Shown here piece by piece: positions 21,128 to 31,217 of a DNA stretch of 60,870 bases. Within the stretch, counting starts at the first letter, position 1, and every line of letters begins with the position of its first letter. The translations under genes were made by a program, and so were the position numbers. A model generated the notes under the pieces. It made no database searches. It saw only the letters and a list, made by a program, of their open reading frames with translations, and was not told the DNA's origin. Origin of the DNA: an uncultured Clostridia bacterium (GTDB lineage: Bacteria; Bacillota; Clostridia; TANB77; CAG-508); the NCBI GenBank assembly GCA_944391015.1, contig CALXRZ010000003.1:1-60870 (forward strand), read 5' to 3'.

Positions 21128-22030
21128 CTAAATCTCCTCCAATGTTATTCTTCCTATTTTTCCACTTCTAAAATCGTCTAGTATAATTTTTGCTACTTTC
21201 TCTTCGTCAATATTTCCTCCAGATATTAGTGCTCCTCTTCTCTTTCCTATTAAATGCATTACTTCAAGCACTTTTTCATTTTCTGCAATATCCATATTAT
21301 TTATTTCTTCAAGTTCATTAGGAGTTAATTTATATCTTTCCATCAATTTATTTAAATGCTTATTTATTAGTACCCTTAGCAAATTAAAGCCAATTTCTAT
21401 TGTTTCAAGCACATCATCTTTTATGCTTCCTGTATATGCTAAATTTAGTGCCACTTCTTCACTTTGGAATTTTGGCCATAGCACTCCTGGTGTATCAAGC
21501 AATTCTATGTTTTGATTTATTCGTATCCATTGTTTTTGTCTAGTTACACCTGGTTTATTTCCAACTGTTGCAGAATTCTTTTTAGATATACGATTTATAA
21601 AAGAAGATTTTCCTACATTTGGAATGCCAAGTACCATAACTCTAATTGCTTTTCCTATTCTTCCTTTATTTTCATATTGACTTTTTCCACTACTATATAC
21701 CTCTTCTATCTTGCTAATTGCTTTATTTATTCCCTCTCCTGAGTTTGAATTTACTAGCACTGCCTCTATACCACTTTCTTTAAAATGCTCTATCCATTTA
21801 GCGTTTTGCTTTTCATCTGCTAAGTCATATTTGTTTAGAACAATAACTTTCTTTTTGTTCTTTGTATATTCAGCTATATCAGGGTTTCTACTAGATATTG
21901 GTATACGGGCATCTAATATTTCTACTACTACATCTATTAGTTTTAAATCTTCTATTATTTGCTTTTTCGTTTTTGCCATATGTCCTGGATACCAGTTGAT
22001 ATTCATTTTATTTTCATTCATTATTTTCAC
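21128..22030 (-). CDS. rbgA: Ribosome biogenesis GTPase RbgA/YlqF
   Basis: WYPGHMAK, DARIP.SSRNP, GIPNVGKSS, DTPGVLWPK. Confidence 0.96.
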   Translation of the reverse strand: MKIMNENKMNINWYPGHMAKTKKQIIEDLKLIDVVVEILDARIPISSRNPDIAEYTKNKKKVIVLNKYDLADEKQNAKWIEHFKESGIEAVLVNSNSGEGINKAISKIEEVYSSGKSQYENKGRIGKAIRVMVLGIPNVGKSSFINRISKKNSATVGNKPGVTRQKQWIRINQNIELLDTPGVLWPKFQSEEVALNLAYTGSIKDDVLETIEIGFNLLRVLINKHLNKLMERYKLTPNELEEINNMDIAENEKVLEVMHLIGKRRGALISGGNIDEEKVAKIILDDFRSGKIGRITLEEI

Positions 22031-22127
22031 TCTTTCTTTTTTCTACATTGCCATTATTATATCACATTTATGTTTTTTTATAAAGTCAATTGTTTCAATA
22101 AATGGTACATAAGCATATATAATTAAA

Positions 22128-24416
22128 CTATTTGCTTCTTTCTTTTAAAATACCTCTATTAAACATTTCCATTACCAATTCTAAATTCCTAATTTTATCA
22201 TCATTTTCTGAAGTACTTTCAAAATTTTCATTATTTTCATATAATCTATTCAATTCAGTTTGAACTTGATTTTTATAATAATAATTTTTTATATTCAAAT
22301 CAGTTTTTATTTTAAGGTATGCTTTATAAAAAGCTTTCGGATAATGTACCTTAAACCATGCAATTCTAAATGCATTCATTGTGCATCCTATTGCATGAGC
22401 TTTAGGAAACATATATTTTATCTTTTCAGCACTTTCTATATACCATTCTGGAATATTATGTTTTTTAAGTAATGTTTTATACTCTTTCCATTTAATATTC
22501 ATTTCCCTATATCTATTTTGATTGTGTGTCCATAGATTCACTCGCCCTTTTCTAATAAATTCAACAATATCAAAAGCTGTAGATTTTTCTATTCCATGAT
22601 TTACTAAATAATTAAACATATCAGCTCTATTTGAAATGACCTCATCTACTCGTTTATGTTTATTTTCTATTAAAAAAGATGCATTATTATTCCAAGTGCA
22701 TGTACCATGAAAAAGAGCCGAAATACAAACCAGATCATTAAAATTACATGGTTTTTTTGTTGTTTCTATCATTTTTTGAACAAAGGGGTTTCCAAACTCT
22801 GGAATACCATTTGTACTAATTGGATATGATTTATCATTTGCATGTAAAAACATCTTTAATGTTTCTTTATCATTAAGATCAATATTCTTTGAATTTATTT
22901 TTGTTTCTTTTTCCAATTCATGTATCAAGCTTAAATCATCATTGCTTAACAAATCAAATTTATATAATCCCAAATTCCAAAGTGTATGATAGTCATAATG
23001 CGTTTTTATATGCCCTTTATTTCCAATTTCTGTCGGACAAAAATTCAATATCTCCGATTCTTCAGAAGTTATAAAAACTCCATCCAAATTTTCTCCAGTA
23101 CATTTTTTCACTTCAAATAATTTACCTATGATTGTTTCCTTGTCAGAAGTATTCTTTATTCCAAGTATATCAACATATTCATTGTAAGACTCTTCTATTA
23201 TCTTACCTGTTAATGTTTCTATTGTTCCTCCACATATTATTTTATCTTTACCATATTTTTTTTGAAGATATGTAAATATTTTTTCTTGTATTTTTCTAGA
23301 AAAAGTTAAGTTTATATCAGGCTCTTTTGCATAATCTTTTCCTGCAAAAAATTCAAAAGGAAGATTGTATTGTATAGGATTAATATCTGTAATTTCTAAT
23401 AAATATGCTACAAGTGAATTTCCTACACTCCCTCTACAACCTACTTTGTATCCTAACTTTTTTGAATAATCTACAAGTTCACTTGAGATTAAATATATAC
23501 TTGCAAAATTATTTATTTCAATAGAGTGTAATTCTAACTTTAATCTTTCTTCAATTTCTTTTGGCAATCTTTCACCATATATTTCTTTTACTTTTTTATA
23601 ACATTTTTGTGAAATAGTATTTGTTGCAAATTCTATCTTAGGATACGTAATCTTGTATGGCATTACATTAATATTCTTTATTTGTTCCGATATTTTTATA
23701 GGATTATTTATTACAATGTCTTCTGAATTTTCTATATAATTAAAACAACTTAATAGTTCAGCCGTAGTTTGAAAATATTTTGTATTTCCTAATTTAATAT
23801 TAGCACTTTTTTTATAAATATTTAATATTTCATTGCATCTATAGTCATTTTTATTAATAAAATTACATTCTGATGTTCCTATAAGCATTTTATTATATCT
23901 TTTACATAATTTACCAATTTTTATGTTTACATTTTTGTCGCTCTCATTTGGTTCAATTCCAATAAAATCATAAAAATCTATTATGGAATTAATATTTTTA
24001 TCTTCAATATTTTGATAAACTTCACTTTTATTCCCAATTGCAGCATATAATAAGCCACTTCTATATTCTATTAAGTCACTTTTGTATATTTGAGATGTTT
24101 TATTATTATATGCTTTTGATATTAACTTATATAAGTTTTTTAAGCCGTTTTGCTCTTTAACATAAACATATATTGTATATATTTTATCCGAATTCTGTGA
24201 AATTTTAAAATGCATTTCAGAGCCATATATAATTTTGAAATCATTATTTCTTACATACTTATATGCTTCAAAAAAACCTTGAGTGCTATCAACATCTGTT
24301 ATAGCAATAGATTTGTAGCCTCGATTTATAGCTTCCTCAATATATTCTTTAGCATAATTAAATCCTTGTAATTTTGACATTTTTGTATGGCAACATAGTT
24401 CTACTCTATTTTCCAT
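22128..24416 (-). CDS. Truncated, degenerate PolC-like protein (PHP + polymerase core only)
   Basis: RVEL..HTKMS, AITD, RGSVG.SLVAY, PDIN (vs PDID), GIPEFG, KIKYMFPKAHA, RIAWFKVHYP; lacks N-terminal/OB, exonuclease, Zn-finger and C-terminal regions. Confidence 0.85.
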   Translation of the reverse strand: MENRVELCCHTKMSKLQGFNYAKEYIEEAINRGYKSIAITDVDSTQGFFEAYKYVRNNDFKIIYGSEMHFKISQNSDKIYTIYVYVKEQNGLKNLYKLISKAYNNKTSQIYKSDLIEYRSGLLYAAIGNKSEVYQNIEDKNINSIIDFYDFIGIEPNESDKNVNIKIGKLCKRYNKMLIGTSECNFINKNDYRCNEILNIYKKSANIKLGNTKYFQTTAELLSCFNYIENSEDIVINNPIKISEQIKNINVMPYKITYPKIEFATNTISQKCYKKVKEIYGERLPKEIEERLKLELHSIEINNFASIYLISSELVDYSKKLGYKVGCRGSVGNSLVAYLLEITDINPIQYNLPFEFFAGKDYAKEPDINLTFSRKIQEKIFTYLQKKYGKDKIICGGTIETLTGKIIEESYNEYVDILGIKNTSDKETIIGKLFEVKKCTGENLDGVFITSEESEILNFCPTEIGNKGHIKTHYDYHTLWNLGLYKFDLLSNDDLSLIHELEKETKINSKNIDLNDKETLKMFLHANDKSYPISTNGIPEFGNPFVQKMIETTKKPCNFNDLVCISALFHGTCTWNNNASFLIENKHKRVDEVISNRADMFNYLVNHGIEKSTAFDIVEFIRKGRVNLWTHNQNRYREMNIKWKEYKTLLKKHNIPEWYIESAEKIKYMFPKAHAIGCTMNAFRIAWFKVHYPKAFYKAYLKIKTDLNIKNYYYKNQVQTELNRLYENNENFESTSENDDKIRNLELVMEMFNRGILKERSK

Positions 24417-24425
24417 TGTTCTGAC

Positions 24426-24483
24426 TTTCCTTTCATTTGCTTCATTATCTTTGGAATATCTCTAAAGATTATATTTTTATTTA
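24426..24483. repeat. 58-bp direct repeat, copy A (copy B at 26994-27051)
   Basis: First 25 bp identical, 52/58 identical overall by eye; contains the RBS of the downstream gene. Confidence 0.85.
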
Positions 24484-24491
24484 TAGTCTTT

Positions 24492-26063
24492 TTAAAATCC
24501 TATTTTTTGTTTTATCTTATCTTTCTTTACTTTTGTATTCCTTATTGCTTTCAATACATCTTCGAGTTTTATAAGATTTTTATTTTCCTCTTCATTAATT
24601 ACACGATTTGCCTGCTCTATTTTTATTTTTTCAAATAGACTTCTCACAAACCTTGCATTAGAAAAGTTTTTACATTTTTTTGCTACTTCAAAATATTTTA
24701 CTAAATAATTTTTTATGTTTGGTGCAATTTTATATTCTTCTTTTTTGCATAATCCTTTAAATATCATATATAATTCTTCAGCTGTATAATCTGGAAAGTT
24801 TATTACAAATTGGATTCTACTTTCAAAACCTGGATTTACATTTAGCATTCTTTCCATTTCATTAGTATAACCTGCTAGAATTACACACAACTCTTCCCTA
24901 TGATCTTCCATACCTTTTAATAATGTTGCTATACACTCTGCTCCATAATCTCTCCCTGCTTCGTCACTAATATATGATGCAATAGAATATGCCTCATCAA
25001 TAAATAATACTCCTCCTATAGCTTTTTCAATTACCCTTTGCGTTTTAGGGGCAGTTTGTCCAACATATTCTCCTATCAAATCATTTCTTTGTGCTTCCAC
25101 AAAATTTTCTTTATCTGATAAAATTTTTTCTTCTGAAAAAATTTTTCCTATAATTCTTGCAACAGTAGTTTTTCCAGTACCTGGATTTCCATTAAACACC
25201 ATATGTAACATTGGTAATTTTTTTCTATTCTTGCATACTTTTATATAGTTTATTATCTTTTTAATTTGTTCTTTTGTATCTTCTAATCCTATTAGACTTT
25301 CAAGTTCCTTCATTCCCGTATTTTTATTTACTTTTTTATTTTCTTTTTGCCCTTGATTATCCTGTAATAAGTAATCAACATTATTTGTTTTATTAATTTT
25401 ACTTTTTACTAAAATATTTATTAATTCACTCTGTATTTTATAGTAGCTATTTTCTGATATTTTCTTTAAAATATTTTTACTATATATTAAATTATTTTTT
25501 TTCATAAATTTTTCAACATATATTTCTTTCTCATCAGGAGAGATTTTATTTATTTTCATAGCCCAAGTAAAATAATCAAAATATTGTGCATTAGTTTCAC
25601 CTTCTTTATAACTACATTCAATCATTATAAAAGATTTTGTTGGAAATGTATTTATAATCTGTATGATAGATTTTCTTATATCACTTGAGTTCCAGCCCAA
25701 ATCACTTAAGTCCAATACTATAAGTCCCTCTTTGGCGCCTTCCCATTTTTTCATTTTTACTCTATTTATTCGTATTTCATCTTTAGAAATATATAATATA
25801 TCGGAATTTGAAATAATTTTATTTTCATAGTAAATTTCTGCAATAACTTTTACCAATTTTTCGTACGAATTATAAGCTGATTCATTTCTTATAATTATAT
25901 TATAATTTTCAAACTCAATATTACATTTGTATTCTCTCATTATTTCATGGTATTTTATTATTTCTCTTAAGGTGTCTTTACATTTATTTAATCCTACAAT
26001 ATTATCTAGTTTATTTAATATTTTTTCATTTGCTTCATCTAATAATAGTTCCGATTTTTCCAT
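24492..26063 (-). CDS. SpoVK/CbbX-like AAA+ ATPase with a degenerate N-terminal AAA domain
   Basis: GNPGTGKT, LIGEYVGQTAPKT, FIDEAY, PGFESR, FSNARFVR; IVGLNKCK echoes LIGLEDTK. Confidence 0.88.
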   Translation of the reverse strand: MEKSELLLDEANEKILNKLDNIVGLNKCKDTLREIIKYHEIMREYKCNIEFENYNIIIRNESAYNSYEKLVKVIAEIYYENKIISNSDILYISKDEIRINRVKMKKWEGAKEGLIVLDLSDLGWNSSDIRKSIIQIINTFPTKSFIMIECSYKEGETNAQYFDYFTWAMKINKISPDEKEIYVEKFMKKNNLIYSKNILKKISENSYYKIQSELINILVKSKINKTNNVDYLLQDNQGQKENKKVNKNTGMKELESLIGLEDTKEQIKKIINYIKVCKNRKKLPMLHMVFNGNPGTGKTTVARIIGKIFSEEKILSDKENFVEAQRNDLIGEYVGQTAPKTQRVIEKAIGGVLFIDEAYSIASYISDEAGRDYGAECIATLLKGMEDHREELCVILAGYTNEMERMLNVNPGFESRIQFVINFPDYTAEELYMIFKGLCKKEEYKIAPNIKNYLVKYFEVAKKCKNFSNARFVRSLFEKIKIEQANRVINEEENKNLIKLEDVLKAIRNTKVKKDKIKQKIGF

Positions 26064-26181
26064 TTTTTTATTTTGTTCCTTTTATAATATATTTAGGTTT
26101 CTAATAAAGGATTTACCTATAAACCTATTCGTCTTTCTAATACAAATTAGTAATTGAAGTCATTTACAGTTAATGCAACTC

Positions 26182-26985
26182 TTAAATATTTTCTATAGTA
26201 TTACTAAACTTTAAATACTCTGGTATCCATTTTAGTTTAACTATACCAGTATTTCCTTTTTTATTCTTTTCAACAATTATCTCTGCAATATCATTTTTGT
26301 TTTCTTTGTTATAATAAGAATCTCTATAAATAAACAGTACCTCATCAGAGTATGTATAAATTCCATATTTTGAATCTGAAAAATCTGACATCGTCGGTCT
26401 TTTATTATCTCTCTTTTCGCATTTTCTTGACAATTGGCTTGTTACAATAACTGGAACATCTAAATTTTTTGCTAATATTTTTAGATTTTTTAATATTTCA
26501 GTAACTTCTTCATTTCTACTTAGTAACATATTTTTATCAAAATGTATTAACTGAAGATAATCAATTATAATTAGTTCTATATCTTTTACTTCTTTGAGTT
26601 TTCTAGATTTTTCACATATATCTTTTATTGTATATGGAGTATCACTCATTATATATATTGGAGATTTTTTTAATAATTTTATTCCATATTTAATTTTATC
26701 TAAATCATTTTCTGAAAAGTTTAATGTTTGAATTTCATTTTTTTTATACAGATTAAACTTTTTTACTTCTATCGTCGAATTACTTATAATTAGTCTTCTT
26801 TTAATGTTTTCTTCACTGTTTTCTAAACTAATAAATATAACCTTCTTTTTGTTTTCTAATGCAATGTGACTTAACATATTTAATACAAATGCTGTTTTTC
26901 CCATTGCTGGTCTAGAAGCTATTACCATTAAATCTCCTTTATTTAATTCAATTATTTCATCTAAATTTTTAAATCCTGTATTCAT
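26182..26985 (-). CDS. DnaB-like helicase C-terminal ATPase domain only
   Basis: TGF..LD, SRPAMGKT, ISLE, IIDYLQL, SQLSR..E.R..KRP..SD; no N-terminal domain. Confidence 0.88.
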   Translation of the reverse strand: MNTGFKNLDEIIELNKGDLMVIASRPAMGKTAFVLNMLSHIALENKKKVIFISLENSEENIKRRLIISNSTIEVKKFNLYKKNEIQTLNFSENDLDKIKYGIKLLKKSPIYIMSDTPYTIKDICEKSRKLKEVKDIELIIIDYLQLIHFDKNMLLSRNEEVTEILKNLKILAKNLDVPVIVTSQLSRKCEKRDNKRPTMSDFSDSKYGIYTYSDEVLFIYRDSYYNKENKNDIAEIIVEKNKKGNTGIVKLKWIPEYLKFSNTIENI

Positions 26986-26986
26986 A

Positions 26987-27676
26987 TTATGGTTTTCCTT
27001 TCATTTGCTTCATTATCTCTGGAACATCTCTAAAGCTTGTATTCTCATTTAATGTTATTCTTCCACTTTCAATATCTCTCCAAGTATTATTTTTTAATTT
27101 TATTTCTCCTTTAAAATACTTACTTAAAAATATAATAGGAGAGTCTTCAGGTAATTTATTTGTATATAGTTCAAGTTCTTTTTCATTAAAGACATCTACA
27201 TGACAACCTTCATCAAAACTATTATGATTAACTATAACTCCATAAGAATTTCTAAAAAACTTTCGATTTTTTACTTTGTGAGGAATATCTGTTATTACAT
27301 GTAATTTATCATAAAAATTATAATCTCCTAGATGACTATCATAATCTTTTTTTATTTTTACAATATCTCCTTTTTTAAATTTTGTACCTGCAGATGGATT
27401 TATATAATCTTCGTAATCCATCATTACTTTTTGTTCACGTTTTTTTCCGTTATAACTAAAAATATATACCCCCGAAATATAAATCTCTTTTCCGTTATAA
27501 TCAAAGCAATGTTCAATTTTAGCTGGTGTTAGATTGCTACAATATAAATTCAGTTCATTTTCTAACCATATTTCTCCTACTTGTTTTGCTAATTCTAAAC
27601 TTGAATATACATTTTCATAGTGATGTTCGTAATTGTTAAAATTAAACATTACTTGTAATAGGTTAATTTTACTCAT
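26987..27676 (-). CDS. Hypothetical protein
   Basis: 229-aa ORF with GGAG RBS; stop abuts the dnaB-like start. Confidence 0.7.
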   Translation of the reverse strand: MSKINLLQVMFNFNNYEHHYENVYSSLELAKQVGEIWLENELNLYCSNLTPAKIEHCFDYNGKEIYISGVYIFSYNGKKREQKVMMDYEDYINPSAGTKFKKGDIVKIKKDYDSHLGDYNFYDKLHVITDIPHKVKNRKFFRNSYGVIVNHNSFDEGCHVDVFNEKELELYTNKLPEDSPIIFLSKYFKGEIKLKNNTWRDIESGRITLNENTSFRDVPEIMKQMKGKP

Positions 27677-27719
27677 CTTTTTCTATCTCCTAATTTTCAA
27701 TATCAATATATTTATAAAA

Positions 27720-28366
27720 TTATTCTTCCACACTGTTTTCATCCTTTTGTTTTAATTTTTTAATATCTCCATCTGAAAATCCTGCTAATTTTAAACCTTC
27801 TTCTGTATACCAATTTCCAATATATTTTCTATCCTCTATCTTAAATTCTTCATAAGCATCTAAAAATAGTTCTAACGATATTTTATTTTTCATCAAACTA
27901 CTTATAGCTTTAAGTCTTGTGCTATTAGTTCATCTATTTCTTTGTATGTTTTCACTATATTATTTTTTGTAGCTATATAATTATCCCATTTTCGTGTAGA
28001 TTCATAGTATGCATTAAAGAAATGAACCACATTTTCTTCCTGCTTTAAGAAATTCGTTTTTAAATCTTGTAGTCTTTTTATTTCATCACTTATTAGTTTT
28101 CTTACACTATCATAATGTTTGCAGTTTATTCTTTTTATTACCTCCATATCTGGATAATTTTTTATTAGATTTTTATATATGCTTATTTTTTCATCAATGC
28201 TCATTCTTTTATTTCTATAAACTAAAACTGCTAATTCTTCTGTATTGAATTTATGCTTTATTTTTCGACAATAATTTCCAATAGATAGTGAATTTATTAA
28301 ATCATATTCATCTAATATTTTTTCTTCTGTGTCATTTATTTTCTTTTCTATCATAGCATTTTTCAA
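27720..28366 (-). pseudogene. Hypothetical gene split by a frameshift (154-aa ORF 27902-28366 plus 57-aa ORF 27720-27893)
   Basis: TTA AAG CTA TAA; one extra A would read LKAISSLMKNKISLELF.. into the downstream ORF. Confidence 0.55.
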
Positions 28367-28471
28367 ATTATATCAACTCCTATACTTTCTTATAAAACAT
28401 TTAATTATAAAGCTTATTATTTTTATTAAATGCACTTAACGACTTAAAATTGTTTTCCTGTTATAACACCA

Positions 28472-28516
28472 AAAAAAGATAACTAATACATTTTAATTAT
28501 ATTAGCTATCTTTTTT
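28472..28516 (-). terminator. Terminator/attenuator hairpin upstream of the replisome-like operon
   Basis: aaaaaagataactaata...tattagctatctttttt. Confidence 0.65.
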
Positions 28517-28620
28517 ATATACAATATGCGTGGTCAAGTATTGTATTCTTGTTTAAGTAAATTTAGTATATAACAATTTACAATTTAAATTTTTTAGAGA
28601 ATAAGTATATATTTTTTTAT

Positions 28621-29610
28621 TTACTTGTATCTTTTTTCAGCATCTTCAATTACTTTCTTTATTTCGCTAACTAGGCTCTCTGGCTTCTTTATTGTTACCA
28701 TATCCAAGTTTCTCATTGTCCATAATTTAAAGCCTAAAGGATTTGCCTTTATTTTCATTATAAATTTTTTCTTGTTTATTGGAATTACTTCTAGTTTTTT
28801 TCCAAACTTTTCATACACTTCACCTAATAAGTATTCATCACATTCAGCCTCTATTTCTACTTCATTTCCACTAAATACTTCTACTGAGGTTTCTACGTAT
28901 TCTTCTATCTCTTTTTCTGTTTTTGTAATTTCCACTTTTTCTTGTAACTCTGTTAAATTTTTTATTCTATCTAATCTATAATGGAAAAACTCTTCATTGC
29001 CATCTTTTATTCCCAGCATATAAAATTGTTGTTTATCATACAAGATTGCATAAGGAGATACAACTGGTTTACTTACTATTTGTTTTTTTATTCTATCTCC
29101 CTCTATACAGTATTTCCAATATTCAAATTTCACTTTGTTTTTATTAGCAATACTATTAGAAATATCCTCTATGTTTTTTATTACCTCTATATTACTTGTC
29201 CTACCTTTTGGTGAATATATACGATAGTTTTTTAGTTTTTCGTTTTCATATATATTTTGTAAATTTTTGCACTTTTCTATTATTGCTTTTGATAGTTTTT
29301 CTTCAATGAATGTCGAATAACTAAAGGTATCTATAATTGCTCTTATCTCTCCCGGCTCGAAATCAGTTTCTGGGTCATTGTTTATATAGTAGCCTTCTTT
29401 GTTATCATTATATGTGCTTATGTCATAGCCAAATTTTTGTTGTAGTAAAATAATGTTTCTTCTTATTGTTCGTGTGTCTATTTCTACATTGTACTCGTCT
29501 ATTATTTTATCTCTTATTTGTTGTGTTGATAGTTTGTGTTGCTCATCAGTATATTTTTTTAATATATTTAGTATGTATAATATGTTTCCATTTTTTTCAT
29601 ATAATTCCAT
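28621..29610 (-). CDS. wHTH-WYL-WCX transcriptional regulator
   Basis: ILNILKKYTDE.H.L, RTIRR.I..L, VSPYA...QFYML, YRLDRI, P..LV.EI. Confidence 0.9.
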   Translation of the reverse strand: MELYEKNGNILYILNILKKYTDEQHKLSTQQIRDKIIDEYNVEIDTRTIRRNIILLQQKFGYDISTYNDNKEGYYINNDPETDFEPGEIRAIIDTFSYSTFIEEKLSKAIIEKCKNLQNIYENEKLKNYRIYSPKGRTSNIEVIKNIEDISNSIANKNKVKFEYWKYCIEGDRIKKQIVSKPVVSPYAILYDKQQFYMLGIKDGNEEFFHYRLDRIKNLTELQEKVEITKTEKEIEEYVETSVEVFSGNEVEIEAECDEYLLGEVYEKFGKKLEVIPINKKKFIMKIKANPLGFKLWTMRNLDMVTIKKPESLVSEIKKVIEDAEKRYK

Positions 29611-29797
29611 AACTTTATCTCCGATTCTAATTATTATTTATAACTCTCTTAACAAATACATTTTTCTTTTTAGAATTTTAATCTTTATTTGCTTAAAAAA
29701 ATTCAAAATGATATCTTGTTATAATAAGCATTATCAAATAAATTTTCATTTTTTTATCTTCTATACACCTTATAATTTTACAAAACTTATATATAAT

Positions 29798-31206
29798 TTA
29801 TGATTTTTTATTAAGTATTTTTATAGCATTTATAAATTTTATTTCTATATCTTCTCTTAATTTATCATTAATATTATCATAATGTTGATTATGTAATGTA
29901 TCTAAAAAATCCTCATAGTATTTATAAAATAAATCATTTTTTAATCTAATATCATTTTTATATGCTTTGAAAAAATTATATAAATCATCATAAGTAATAA
30001 TTCTATATATTTCTTTAATTTCTTTATAATCTTTTTCTAGATTTTTAATTTCATTTTCTATTTGCAAGACATTATAATTTGGAATAAATATCATTCCCAA
30101 TATTTTTCTTTGCTCTTTTTGATTATTTTCATCATCCTTTTTATACTTTCCATTTTCTACATCACTTATATAATCAGATAATTGTGTGGTCCCCTTTTCT
30201 TTATCAACATGATGTAATTGGGCTTTGATTTTATTTTCGATTATAATTATATTTTTAGAACCTATTGCTAGCATATCCATTCTTCCACTTCCAGATTTTG
30301 ATTCTTTATACAATGAATAATTATCAACTGGAAATTTCTTAATTTCTTTGCTGTTCATAATAAAATCTGACACAAACAATTCAAACATTGAATGTTCATC
30401 TATTTTTCGCGTAAACCAATAAAAGAGCATATTAGTGTAAATTTGTTCATCATCTTCCTTTTGACACATATGTAAAAAATTTATATTATTTTCTTTAGAA
30501 TATTTCTCTATATTTACTTTTTCTGTAGTATCTTCTTTTTCCCAGTTATCATTTTCTAATAATTGCTTCATACTTTCATAATTTTTCTTTTCTTCATTTT
30601 TATTAATTATAGCATACATTTTTTGACTTGGTAATTGTCGTATTTTTTCTTTTATTTCTTTATTCTTTTTTTTCTTTACTGTATCTTTTAAAATAATATA
30701 TTCTTCTGGATTCTTTACAACTTGTGGGTTTTCTTTAACAAAAGAATCATTACATATATATATATCTTTTTTAGCTTTTAATATTTTACTTACTTTATAA
30801 GTTATATATATAGCTTCAGCATTTCCCTTATTATGCTCCATTATGTCATATAATTTTTGCTTTCCATATTTTATATTCTTTTTATCAATAATCTTCCTTT
30901 GTGCATCATTTATTTTTTCATCTCCACGTTCCTTCTCTATGTCTATTTTTTTATTATTTCATCATTTCTATCAATTTCTGCCATAGCTAATACTTTTACT
31001 CTATTATTTTCAAGCCCTGTAGTAAAAATAATATAATTTATTTTTTCATAATGACCAGCTCTCATTCCTCCATAAGCAGGTACATAAATATATTCTTCAT
31101 TATTATCTGTTTTAAAAAAGTTTATAATCTCATGCCCTATATTTTCATTATTGAATTCACCCACATACATTTTTACAATTAATACTTCTTCTCCAATTTC
31201 TTTCAT
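29798..31206 (-). CDS. PD-(D/E)XK nuclease split by a frameshift at an A7 run (ORFs 30943-31206 and 29798-30841)
   Basis: RMDML..IIIENK..QL.DY nuclease motif; the downstream frame is open continuously back through the A7 tract at 30946-30952. Confidence 0.75.
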
Positions 31207-31217
31207 AAGACTCCCCC

